Origin: a virus
Length of the DNA stretch: 41,748 nucleotides
Reading direction: 5' to 3' (one strand)
Virus record (IMG/VR): IMGVR_UViG_3300009537_000054
Coordinates: 1-41,748 of that record
In this document: positions 22,808-31,163 of the stretch, piece by piece
How positions within the stretch are numbered: the stretch's first letter is position 1
How the letters are laid out: every line of letters begins with the position of its first letter
The notes under the pieces: model-generated
What the model saw: the letters and a program-made list of their open reading frames with translations, nothing else
What the model was told of the DNA's origin: nothing
The model's database searches: none
Made by a program: the position numbers and the translations under genes

Positions 22808-25273
22808 TTATCCTCCGAATCCATCCATCGGCTCAATACTCGGGTCTGGTGATCGCTCCCAGGTATCGCGCACGGTGACGGCGATTAACAATGACCGGCA
22901 GTTATAGTGTAGCGGTGGCGTGTAGGTTTCCCAAATTGGATCATTCAGTTCGTAGATTTTCTGATCCATGTGCTCGCAGACTTCCGTTGTCCTGCTGTCG
23001 AGGATGGCGCTGTATTCAAGCGCCTCAACGAAGCCGTCCATCTCGGGTGACGCGAAGAACTCATACCGCGCCTCGTTGATGGCTTCAAAAACGGATGTCC
23101 TGATGGCTGTCGCGGCATGAGGTAGTACCGTGACGCCGAGTTCCTCTTCAACGCGGTTGAGTATTTCGTCGATGGTCCATCCGCCCTTGATGCCGTTGTA
23201 TAAGACGGTCGTGACCTTCTTCCGTGCGGCGTCGGCCAGATCTCCGGCGATGGTATAAGAACGTGACTCAAGGAACTTCTGAGCGGCCAGATCTGCCAGG
23301 CGCATCTCGTCGGCGGCGAATCTCCCGCCTTGTGCCTTCTCAAGTTCCCTGCGTGCATGATCTCCCCCTAAATCCCATCCTTCCTTGAGCCCAGCCTCAG
23401 CGGCTTTCCGCACACGAGTCAGTATTTTGGCCGGCATGCCGATGTCGGCGATCTTGTCGGGATTTTTGAACAGGTCCTCGGTACGGATGAATTCCTTCAT
23501 CGCGTCCACCCCGGCCCGTAGTGCTTCGGAGACTTTCGAGCTGGTCCGCCCGGTGATCTGCGTACCCCTATTGTCGATCACGGCGAAGTCCACGCGCTTG
23601 ACCGCGCGCGCGAGGAACTCTGCCTTGCGGTCTGACTTGATGCGCTTGGCCCCGATGACTGTTTCGCCCATGTCCGGCTTCTTGCCAGGCGGTTTGGTCG
23701 GCTGTTGTCCGGGTAGTGCCGGCGGTATCTGGGCTATGGGTGGAATGGGCTTCCCCGTGGCTGGGTCGATTGCGGCGCCCGGCAGCTCCCTGGGGAGTGC
23801 CTTTTCTGGTTTGTCGAGCGGTTCGCCTGCCTCGGGGAAGTCCAAAAGTTCGCGGATATGTTTCTCATCCGCATCGGTGGATGTGACGGCGTTGCCCTTT
23901 ACGAGCTCCAGCCACGTCTTGATGATCTGCATCTTGAGCGCTTCGCTTAACGGTTTGAACCGGAAGCGCGGGTATGGACCTGCCCCGAAGTTCAATTCAC
24001 CCAGGGGCTTGAATAGACCTTCGTTGAGAATTTCCTCAAGGCGCTTCGTTTCCGCTTCGAGGGTCCACAGGAATGCTTCGAGCTGGGTCTGTGATTGAGC
24101 GAAACTTCCCGTACTCCCTTGTTCGCTAATCCCCAACAGGTTCGGCACCAAAAGGGCTTTGGCGATTGATTTATCATGGACGGTGATGGCTTTTTCATAG
24201 GCGTCCGTAGTCGCTGGGTATATGAGTTCCGCGTCTATTCCCGATGGAAGTATTACCCCGGTCTTCGGGCTGAGGTTCTTAATGAAGTTGACCAGGGCGG
24301 TGTATTCAGCGCTGGATGCGTTGAGGGTCGTGCCTTCCTTCGGTTGGATCTTGAGGAAGCCCGATGCGTAGCGTTCAAGGAAGACGTTCCAGAAACGGAT
24401 TGCCATGTCCTTGCTGAACCAGGCTCGATAGGCTTCTCTCAGTTCACTCTGACCGTAATGCGGATCCACGTCCGAGTTCTGGACGTAGTGGATGAATCGG
24501 GACATGTCGATCTTTTGCTCACGTCCCTCGAATCGCTGGATGCAGTCCTTGATGTTGCCGTACTCATCCGGGACAAAGCGGAAGGTATCGAACGGCTTTA
24601 GGGCGAGGCGCTTTAATCCGACCCACGTCTTACCGCTGACCTCAATGTCCATCTGGACCTTCTCGGTCATCGAGAAACCGTACTGCATGGCGGTGGCTAT
24701 ACCGTTCAGGGAGTCGAAGAATGAGCCGTCCATCTGCTCAATGATCTGCTCGAAGACTCTGATACGCAGCTCCTGTTCATCGGTCAGCGCGCCCTTGTCC
24801 TCTTCCTCCAGGTCCTCGGGATTGGTGATATCCTCGTCATCTACTTCGTCTTTTTCCTCGTATTCCCCATCATTGTTCGGGTCTTCAATAGGCAGTCCCG
24901 TGATCGGGTCCATACCGTTTGCGTCGAACCTCGCCATCTTTGGCTTGACGATAGGGTTCTTGGTGCCGCCTTTAGCGGTGGGATCTTCGGTCTCGGTCTT
25001 GTTCGCTTCGAGGACGTCTTTGGCGTCGTACTCGAAGAACCAACGCCTACCGGTAATGGCGTCGCGTTTGAATCGGACGACGGCCTTCACCTGCTCGTCG
25101 GTCATCATGCGCCTATAGACGGCGGCGCCCTTGGTGTTGATGAGTTCGTCTGGGTTGTACTTCTGCCACGCACTGCGTGAGTAAATGAGCGACTCACTCC
25201 AGCCAGTCTCGCCTGATACTGCTTTGTTAAGCGCGCCTGTTTCTTCTGGCTTGCCTGCGAACCAACCTTTCAT
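22808..25273 (-). CDS. Portal protein (Mu gp29/DUF935-like) fused to a MuF/SPP1 gp7-like head morphogenesis domain
   Basis: 821 aa from ATG 25273 (ATGA overlap; the ORF track used TTG 25285). N-terminal motif YRRMMTDEQVKAVVRFKRDAITGRRW. C-terminal motif TYTPPLHYNCRSLLIAV is typical of MuF domains. Confidence 0.8.
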   Translation of the reverse strand: MKGWFAGKPEETGALNKAVSGETGWSESLIYSRSAWQKYNPDELINTKGAAVYRRMMTDEQVKAVVRFKRDAITGRRWFFEYDAKDVLEANKTETEDPTAKGGTKNPIVKPKMARFDANGMDPITGLPIEDPNNDGEYEEKDEVDDEDITNPEDLEEEDKGALTDEQELRIRVFEQIIEQMDGSFFDSLNGIATAMQYGFSMTEKVQMDIEVSGKTWVGLKRLALKPFDTFRFVPDEYGNIKDCIQRFEGREQKIDMSRFIHYVQNSDVDPHYGQSELREAYRAWFSKDMAIRFWNVFLERYASGFLKIQPKEGTTLNASSAEYTALVNFIKNLSPKTGVILPSGIDAELIYPATTDAYEKAITVHDKSIAKALLVPNLLGISEQGSTGSFAQSQTQLEAFLWTLEAETKRLEEILNEGLFKPLGELNFGAGPYPRFRFKPLSEALKMQIIKTWLELVKGNAVTSTDADEKHIRELLDFPEAGEPLDKPEKALPRELPGAAIDPATGKPIPPIAQIPPALPGQQPTKPPGKKPDMGETVIGAKRIKSDRKAEFLARAVKRVDFAVIDNRGTQITGRTSSKVSEALRAGVDAMKEFIRTEDLFKNPDKIADIGMPAKILTRVRKAAEAGLKEGWDLGGDHARRELEKAQGGRFAADEMRLADLAAQKFLESRSYTIAGDLADAARKKVTTVLYNGIKGGWTIDEILNRVEEELGVTVLPHAATAIRTSVFEAINEARYEFFASPEMDGFVEALEYSAILDSRTTEVCEHMDQKIYELNDPIWETYTPPLHYNCRSLLIAVTVRDTWERSPDPSIEPMDGFGG

Positions 25274-25497
25274 TTTTTCGAGCAAGTGTTTTCTCCCCAG
25301 CGCACTTGGATATCGAGCCCACGCACTGATTTAACCACGCTTCCGGTCGCCGCGCATAATTGAATATAGCAGCTTCGGCTCATGGTGATTGAGGTTGGTC
25401 GTTCATCGTGTTCGGCAATGTATGCCGCCTTGGCCTTATCGACTTGGTTGAGCCAGTCGATCATGTACTCGGATAAATCATGCTCACCAGTTTTCAC
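25270..25497 (-). CDS. Small protein between terminase and portal
   Basis: 75 aa with a GTG start (an alternative ATG lies at 25464). ATGA-coupled to the portal gene. Confidence 0.45.
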   Translation of the reverse strand: MKTGEHDLSEYMIDWLNQVDKAKAAYIAEHDERPTSITMSRSCYIQLCAATGSVVKSVRGLDIQVRWGENTCSKK

Positions 25498-26716
25498 CGG
25501 CCGACTCCATTTCGCCTATTGCGACCATATCGCCGCTCAATATTTTTGACCTGATGATTGGTTCAAGAGCGTAGCGTATCGCATCCCAGCAGTGCTCATT
25601 TCCGTCTTTCACCACCGGCAGTACATCTCCGCTGAGTCTGTCTGTCTTGTATGACCACAGTCGGGCTTCTTCGGCAGTGTGTTTGCATCTCGGATGGATG
25701 ATGATTTCTTCATAACTGCGGATATGGGCGATGCCGTCCTCGACGCTGCCCTTCCATTTGTCTACGCCTATGATTCTAGGGTAGCCGTGATTCCTGAGGT
25801 AGCTAATGGTCTCCGGGCGGGCGTTGTCGCCTCGGATGGTGTGATCTCTCGATCCTGGTATTACTGAAAATCTGTCGGGCAGATCGTTCATTTCAATTCC
25901 CACACCGAAGACCTCTGCTTCAATCAGTAGCCTCTTCTGGTATATCCAGCATTTAATCAGTGTAGTCGGGTCAACGCTAAATCCCCAATCTGCCCCGAAG
26001 TATGGACCATCCCACACATCTACGATAGGCTCGAATGGCTCGATCTTGTATTTGCCGTGAAGTATTTGCGCGTCGCTGAATCGTCGCGGTGCGCCCTCCC
26101 ATATCCATTCATACGCATCTGGATTGACGCGCGCCATATAATCCTTCTCTCTACGCAGTTCCGTGGATAGCCAAGGGTTATCACGCCAGCTTACCTTCCG
26201 CACGATTGACCCAGGCGGTGGATTCACCACCATGCGTTTGTATGTCGGATCGGATTCGTCACGCGTGTTGAAGCTGACCCATATCTCAGATCCCTCATTA
26301 CGGATCGTCGGTATGAGAATATCCCAAGACGACGCGCTAACCAGTTCCGCCTCTTCCACCCAGCAGATGTCTATGCCCTCGGTGGATTTGATCTCCTGGA
26401 TATTATGATGCAGGCCCTTGAACAGGACTTGGGCGCCGATGCGGCTGGTGATGCTGTCCCTGGTAATCATGAAGGCGTCTGACAGCCCAAGCCTGGAGAT
26501 GGTATCCGACAGGAGTCTATGAACTGAATCCGCGATGCTGTTCTGGTATTCGCGAGTACACAAGACGCGAGCTGGGCGCTTGAGCATCTCCATCACAAGA
26601 GCGATAGCCATGCTCCACGACTTCGCGGAACCACGGCCTCCGTAGTAGACCTTGTAACGTGCTGGCTTGAACAGTTCCTGAAAGGCTTCCGGGAGGTGAA
26701 CCGTGACTGCGTTCAC
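25484..26716 (-). CDS. terL: Terminase large subunit (PBSX/terminase_3-like)
   Basis: 410 aa. Walker A-like motif YYGGRGSAKSWS, Walker B-like motif ICWVEEAE, and a C-terminal nuclease region. GTG start overlaps the terS stop (GTGA). Confidence 0.85.
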   Translation of the reverse strand: MNAVTVHLPEAFQELFKPARYKVYYGGRGSAKSWSMAIALVMEMLKRPARVLCTREYQNSIADSVHRLLSDTISRLGLSDAFMITRDSITSRIGAQVLFKGLHHNIQEIKSTEGIDICWVEEAELVSASSWDILIPTIRNEGSEIWVSFNTRDESDPTYKRMVVNPPPGSIVRKVSWRDNPWLSTELRREKDYMARVNPDAYEWIWEGAPRRFSDAQILHGKYKIEPFEPIVDVWDGPYFGADWGFSVDPTTLIKCWIYQKRLLIEAEVFGVGIEMNDLPDRFSVIPGSRDHTIRGDNARPETISYLRNHGYPRIIGVDKWKGSVEDGIAHIRSYEEIIIHPRCKHTAEEARLWSYKTDRLSGDVLPVVKDGNEHCWDAIRYALEPIIRSKILSGDMVAIGEMESAGENW

Positions 26717-27024
26717 TTCTTGACCTTATTGAATACGATGTTGATCGTTGGCGGAATGAGGGGCGCGCCGTCTGCTCCGGTCAACGCAGTAGGCTTCTTG
26801 GTATGGACGTAGGGCGCCGCTTCGGATGCGGCGATACGGCGAATGTCAATCGGGAGGGATTGATCACCGGATATGCCTTGAAGGACTTCGAGAGGCGTGA
26901 TGCCTTTGGCGGCGGCGATTAACTGGGCGTTGGTGCGTATAAGCACCTTGCGCGATTTCCAGCCTGGCTTACTTCCAGACCTTGGCGCAGTCTCTTTCGT
27001 GAATGTTGTCTTGCTTCTGGCCAC
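26713..27024 (-). CDS. Putative terminase small subunit
   Basis: 103 aa, basic, directly upstream of and coupled to terL. GTG start without a clear SD. The call is positional. Confidence 0.45.
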   Translation of the reverse strand: MARSKTTFTKETAPRSGSKPGWKSRKVLIRTNAQLIAAAKGITPLEVLQGISGDQSLPIDIRRIAASEAAPYVHTKKPTALTGADGAPLIPPTINIVFNKVKK

Positions 27025-27066
27025 CCGTAAAATAACCCGCCATTACAGTAGGGATTCACAGTAGAG

Positions 27067-27094
27067 AATATACGACGTTTCAGGGGTAACGCAA
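27067..27094 (-). promoter_or_regulatory. Candidate sigma70-type promoter upstream of the packaging/structural operon
   Basis: Minus strand: TTGCGT - 16 nt - TATATT. It is followed by a direct repeat CTACTGT(G)AAT ... CTACTGTAAT. Confidence 0.3.
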
Positions 27095-27124
27095 GGATGT
27101 TGCCGTGCTACGGTGTCGCGGTTG

Positions 27125-27796
27125 TTACGCCGGAACCTCATGGTGGCAACTCGGACAAAGCGAGTAAGGCACGCTATCCATCTGACTGATGTTCTCATCC
27201 ACGGTCCCGAGCTTTCCGGTTCCGCCTCCGTCGAAGCAACAGGTCAGAACGTCTCCATTGCTCCCGATCATCGCCCATCCGTTCTGCAGCCACGGGCAGA
27301 CTTCTCTGACGGGTGTGCTCACTTCCCATTTAACCTGGCCTGCCCAGTCTACCGCTGAGATACTCGGGTCTGCCGAGATGCCGGCGAGGACTCCATATTT
27401 CTTGAGCAGGTTAACGGTTGGCCCGGCTTTCTCGGGTCGATGCAGTGATACCCAGACTCGCATCTGTGCGTAACGCATCGCCAAGGCGTGATCCTCTGTT
27501 ACGCCGACGCCGTTTGTTGCGAGGATCAGGTGACGCTTGTTTCCTATGGCTTCCCTCGCCTCAAGGCACCACTCCCCGAATTCAGGATGCATGGTGCTTT
27601 CACCGATCCCGCAGAGGTTGAGTTCCTGGCCTTGGGTGTTGTCTTCACAGAAGCGACTTACCCATCCGATTGCTTTTTCCCAAGTGCCCCGGCTCATGTG
27701 TTCCTTGGTTCTGGCCATTGTCGGGTGGACGCAATATCGGCATCGCAAGTTGCATCGACTGGTCATCTCGATCTGGTGGATGCTCTGGATTTTCAT
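27125..27796 (-). CDS. Radical SAM enzyme with C-terminal Cys-rich (twitch/SPASM-like) region, paralogue 1
   Basis: 223 aa from ATG 27796 (ATGA overlap). CNLRCRYC matches C-x3-C-x2-C. The C-terminus reads C...GWAMIGSNGDVLTCC...LGTV...LCPSCH. Confidence 0.75.
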   Translation of the reverse strand: MKIQSIHQIEMTSRCNLRCRYCVHPTMARTKEHMSRGTWEKAIGWVSRFCEDNTQGQELNLCGIGESTMHPEFGEWCLEAREAIGNKRHLILATNGVGVTEDHALAMRYAQMRVWVSLHRPEKAGPTVNLLKKYGVLAGISADPSISAVDWAGQVKWEVSTPVREVCPWLQNGWAMIGSNGDVLTCCFDGGGTGKLGTVDENISQMDSVPYSLCPSCHHEVPA

Positions 27797-28188
27797 GCAG
27801 TTACATTTACCGTAGCCGAAAAAGGTATTGGATGGCGTTCTGATGCTTTTGCTAGCAGAATCATCCACGCCTCACACCGTGCATCTTCCATCATGTCGTT
27901 CAATAGTTCCCGTCTATATTTTCTATACGGAGGCCATGTGTGCGGGAGGTACCCATCTTTAATTGACTTCGTTATTGCTGCAAGTTTGCCCAAAGGGTGA
28001 TCTTCGTAGAACTTATCTACTCCGAGCATATTCCATTTGAAATACGGTTTACGTTCTTTTCGTAATGATCTCCAGAACAGTTTACGCCTCAAGGCAGGCA
28101 ATGTGTGTAGTAACTTAGCAAGGTCTGCTGCGATAGCTTTGTACACAACCAACGCCTCTGGACTCTGTACGGAGGCCCATTCGCTCAT
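27793..28188 (-). CDS. Hypothetical protein inside the radical-SAM cassette
   Basis: 131 aa from ATG 28188, with ATGA overlaps on both sides. Basic and aromatic-rich, with no motif recognised. Confidence 0.55.
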   Translation of the reverse strand: MSEWASVQSPEALVVYKAIAADLAKLLHTLPALRRKLFWRSLRKERKPYFKWNMLGVDKFYEDHPLGKLAAITKSIKDGYLPHTWPPYRKYRRELLNDMMEDARCEAWMILLAKASERHPIPFSATVNVTA

Positions 28189-28361
28189 GGCGTCACCTTC
28201 ACGCACGATAGAGACGTCTGTGGCGCGCGATCATCGTAGTAGCAAATCACCCCGTACTGATCTTGTGGGTAGTGGTTCAGGTACGGATAACCGTAGTCTG
28301 ATGCTTCTGTTCCGCATCCTAGCAGGGCTATGGTTGCGATTAATGCGAGCGTGGTTTTCAT
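28185..28361 (-). CDS. Small lipoprotein / exported Tyr- and Cys-rich peptide (58 aa)
   Basis: ATG 28361 overlaps the rSAM-2 stop (ATGA). MKTTLALIATIALLGC has a classic L-L-G-C lipobox. The mature 42 aa contain 7 Tyr and 2 further Cys. Confidence 0.6.
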   Translation of the reverse strand: MKTTLALIATIALLGCGTEASDYGYPYLNHYPQDQYGVICYYDDRAPQTSLSCVKVTP

Positions 28362-29008
28362 GTTGGGACCCTCAAGTGGCACTTCGCACAAAGCGGGATC
28401 GGGTTCATCTCTGTCGGTTTGTTCGTATCATTCACGTTTCCTATGGGATAGAGGCCGTGGGCATCCATGCAACAATTAACGATGTCACCGTTCTGCAGGA
28501 CGGTTGCCCAACCCTGTGCTAAATATTGGCAGTCGTGTTCTGGCGCCAAGTTCGCCCATGTGACTTGCCCTGCCCAATCGAAGCCGCTGCTGACGAACTG
28601 GTGATTGACTTGAACCTTAATGCCGAGCTTCAAGCATCTGTCTACCGCCGGCCCCGCGACCTCTGGCCGGTGTGCGCTGACGTAGACTGTCGCGTCTACT
28701 TCCTTGATGGCTTTCAGGGCCTCATCTTTCAAAGCGATGCCGTTGGTAGCCAAGAGTATCCACGTCTCCGGCAGATAGGCCCTGGCGGTTCTGATCATCT
28801 CCGGGAATTCCGGGTGAAGTACCGCTTCGCCCATGCCGGTAAGAGATAGCTCTGGGCCTCCCAGCTGGCGCGTCCATCTGAGTGCGTTCTCGAAGGTCTC
28901 CTGATCCATGTCTTCCTTTGGCCTTTGGAGCTTCGGGTGTGGGCAATAACGGCAGGAAAGATTGCACCGTGATGATATTTCTATCTGATGGACGGTTGTT
29001 ATTCTCAT
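28358..29008 (-). CDS. Radical SAM enzyme with C-terminal Cys-rich (twitch/SPASM-like) region, paralogue 2
   Basis: 216 aa. It has CNLSCRYC and is colinear with paralogue 1 throughout (HQIE(M/I)(T/S)SRCNL..., HPEF, LATNG, HRPE.AGP, DWAGQV.W, NGD(V/I)..CC, LC..CH). Confidence 0.75.
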   Translation of the reverse strand: MRITTVHQIEISSRCNLSCRYCPHPKLQRPKEDMDQETFENALRWTRQLGGPELSLTGMGEAVLHPEFPEMIRTARAYLPETWILLATNGIALKDEALKAIKEVDATVYVSAHRPEVAGPAVDRCLKLGIKVQVNHQFVSSGFDWAGQVTWANLAPEHDCQYLAQGWATVLQNGDIVNCCMDAHGLYPIGNVNDTNKPTEMNPIPLCAKCHLRVPT

Positions 29009-29022
29009 GGTTTTGACTTTAG

Positions 29023-29424
29023 TCAGAATTTTATACTAAGCCCCACCCTGTCATTGTGGATGACCACACCAGCCTCAACGGCGATGCCTCCCAACTGAAA
29101 ATATGGACGCCAGTCGGCTGGCATTAGATGCACGGCAAGCACATGGGCGGCACGGGTGGTGATTATGAATGTTTTAATGCGCTTATCCGAAGGATGCCTT
29201 CCAAGGATTGGATTCGCCTCGTGTACGTCCTTTTTGTTCTTCATGTCCAGGGTTTGCCCGAGATCGACAACGCTCAACCCGATGTATAGGGCCTCCCTGA
29301 TGACATCAGGCTTTGACCAGGGATCGTGCGCACAGCCTGTGCATGTCACTAATATCAGCATGAGGCTCAGGAGTAAGCCTGGGAATATCCACCAACCGCT
29401 AGGCCAGTTCTCGTTGTTTTTCAT
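29023..29424 (-). CDS. Exported protein, possible lipoprotein, with a beta-signal-like C-terminus (…RVGLSIKF)
   Basis: Start reset to ATG 29424 (GAGGAG RBS). The N-terminus WWIFPGLLLSLMLILVTCTGC is hydrophobic with Cys. The protein ends in Phe. Confidence 0.5.
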   Translation of the reverse strand: MKNNENWPSGWWIFPGLLLSLMLILVTCTGCAHDPWSKPDVIREALYIGLSVVDLGQTLDMKNKKDVHEANPILGRHPSDKRIKTFIITTRAAHVLAVHLMPADWRPYFQLGGIAVEAGVVIHNDRVGLSIKF

Positions 29425-29506
29425 GGTGTGCTCCTCAATATCCATTAGTTGTACTGCTGATTATTGTTCTCTTATCGTTACATAATGTCCAGTCTTTTCT
29501 TACTTA

Positions 29507-29722
29507 TTATGTGGTTTTCCGTTTGTGGCTGTCCTTATATCGTTTCCGTGATTCTTTCCGGCAGGCCCTACACTGACGCTCCCCCTTGCTCCCCAGTACG
29601 GTGTTTTCAGGCGTGTACTCGTGACCGTGTGGGCAGTGGGTTTTTGCCCGTTGGCGCTCGCCGTTTTTCAGACCACCGAGTCGGCCTGTTGCTTTTGGGT
29701 CTGTGGTGACTGGGTTCACCAT
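29507..29722 (-). CDS. Small basic Zn-ribbon-like protein
   Basis: 71 aa with HCPHGH...CRAC and a Lys/Arg-rich tail. Confidence 0.45.
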   Translation of the reverse strand: MVNPVTTDPKATGRLGGLKNGERQRAKTHCPHGHEYTPENTVLGSKGERQCRACRKESRKRYKDSHKRKTT

Positions 29723-29994
29723 GCTGACCTGAGTAATGTATCTATGGCTGTTACCTCTGGCTTCGATTTCTGTTTCCTTTTTGTGCCTACATATCGTCCG
29801 TGTTTCAGTGCTCGTTGATTTCCCATTAATGCAGTCCTATATCCGCCGTTCTTCCCGTTCGGATATTTGCGCCGCCACTCTTCCCGGCGTTGTTTGGCGA
29901 TGCAGGTCTTGCAGTAGAAGCACAGGCCGTCTTTTGTGCTTTTATTGCGGTAGAAGTTTTCTTCGCCGGTGGTGCCGCAGGAACAGGTTTTCAT
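29716..29994 (-). CDS. Small basic Cys4 protein (putative DNA-binding)
   Basis: Start reset to ATG 29994 (ATGA overlap). CSC...CFYCKTC, then a GNQRALKHG motif. Confidence 0.45.
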   Translation of the reverse strand: MKTCSCGTTGEENFYRNKSTKDGLCFYCKTCIAKQRREEWRRKYPNGKNGGYRTALMGNQRALKHGRYVGTKRKQKSKPEVTAIDTLLRSAW

Positions 29995-30416
29995 TTCTTC
30001 TTCCTGATCGGTCGCCAGTACCAAGTGCCGTACAGTTTCATCTCCCCGAGGAAGGCACCGCAGAGTTTATCGTCCGGCACAAGCAGCCATTCCGCTTTCC
30101 CTTTGGCGATCTGTTCGCTGACCCCCAGCTTGTTTGTGTAGGGCATGACTTTCCAGCCGCGCTCGTTCTTGACTCGGGCCTGGTTCTCGTTGGTCGAGTA
30201 GTCGGTGGCCTTGTAACAATCACCGCCGCTTGGCGGTCCCTGTTCTTGCGGGTCGATCCCGCCGGCATACGCTGGACTCAGATACCAGACCAGAAGGGCG
30301 AGTACGATGATGTCGAAAATTATCCAGCCTATCCAGAATCTCAGGCTGTCCTTTTCCTCAAAAGGGTTCCTTGTCGATAACGACGTTCTCGGGTAGAAAC
30401 TTTTGCGTGGTTTCAT
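29991..30416 (-). CDS. Signal-anchored membrane protein
   Basis: 141 aa with one TM segment (FWIGWIIFDIIVLALLVWYL). Confidence 0.5.
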   Translation of the reverse strand: MKPRKSFYPRTSLSTRNPFEEKDSLRFWIGWIIFDIIVLALLVWYLSPAYAGGIDPQEQGPPSGGDCYKATDYSTNENQARVKNERGWKVMPYTNKLGVSEQIAKGKAEWLLVPDDKLCGAFLGEMKLYGTWYWRPIRKKK

Positions 30417-30840
30417 GTCGATCCTTTGGCTTTCCTGCTCTGTTGATGTAGTCGGCCTTGAACTTCTGCATCTGACGTTTCAGGTCTTGGTGTAATAATT
30501 CCTTTTCAGCCCGCGTTGTCTTGAATGGTTTACGTGCCCGGTATTCCAGAATGGTGACGGCTCTCTCACCGATCCGTTTTACTTTCCATGCCCGGTACTC
30601 CGCTGCCTCGCTCCCGAGGTAGGTATGGCAACCGGCACACAATGCGTCGCAATTATCAGGGTCATGCCTTATCGCCAAGTGTTTACGGCTCTTGTAGTGT
30701 GAGCATTGGAGGCTGGCGGTTGGTGGTGTGTACCGCTTGAAACACCGCTGACACGTCCAGTCATCTCGATACCTCACCAGGTCGGAAACCGTCTTGTCTA
30801 TTGGCGTGCGTTTAATGCCCCATGCCATGTTAGTAGTCAC
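30358..30840 (-). CDS. NinG/Rap-like recombination endonuclease
   Basis: The pattern RYRDDWTCQRC...CSHYKSRKHLAIRHDPDNCDALCAGCH...RIGERAVTILE parallels the lambda NinG C-terminal half. The start is ambiguous (TTG 30843, GTG 30840 with GTGA overlap, or ATG 30828). Confidence 0.55.
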   Translation of the reverse strand: MTTNMAWGIKRTPIDKTVSDLVRYRDDWTCQRCFKRYTPPTASLQCSHYKSRKHLAIRHDPDNCDALCAGCHTYLGSEAAEYRAWKVKRIGERAVTILEYRARKPFKTTRAEKELLHQDLKRQMQKFKADYINRAGKPKDRHETTQKFLPENVVIDKEPF

Positions 30841-31163
30841 CAATCATCGGAAGTACGCATATCACTTGTTGGCAACATGAACGGACGCATATTGTCTATG
30901 ATCTCGTCAAACGGTTTGCCAGTACTGGTGTTAATCTCCCAAGCTGCGGCCCACTGGCGCGGACTCATCAATCGCGCCGTATCGTACCTTTCAGCGGCCA
31001 GTCGCAATTCGGCCAGTTGCTCCTTTGCCAATGGGTGCTCTGCCGCCACATCATCCAAGTCTAAGTGCGTGCCCATAGTCACTCCTGTTGCCCAACAATT
31101 CACTCCAGCAGTTCCATCGTTATCAAATCGTTTCACATTCCCGCCCGCTTGTCTATCCCTCAT
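30837..31163 (-). CDS. Hypothetical early protein
   Basis: The start is ambiguous: ATG 31163 (overlaps the upstream stop) or ATG 31076 (strong AGGAG RBS). Confidence 0.4.
   Translation of the reverse strand: MRDRQAGGNVKRFDNDGTAGVNCWATGVTMGTHLDLDDVAAEHPLAKEQLAELRLAAERYDTARLMSPRQWAAAWEINTSTGKPFDEIIDNMRPFMLPTSDMRTSDDW

Noticed and set aside
23385-25118. Plus-strand ORFs of 237, 141 and 208 aa opposite the portal gene
   Set aside because: All lie inside the portal/MuF coding sequence. Their composition is Ser/Arg/Pro-biased, they have no RBS, and they have no coupling to neighbouring genes.
27025-27066. Direct repeat CTACTGT(G)AAT x2 upstream of the small terminase gene as a pac/cos site
   Set aside because: The two 10-nt copies are too short to call a packaging signal from sequence alone. 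I mention them only under the candidate promoter feature.
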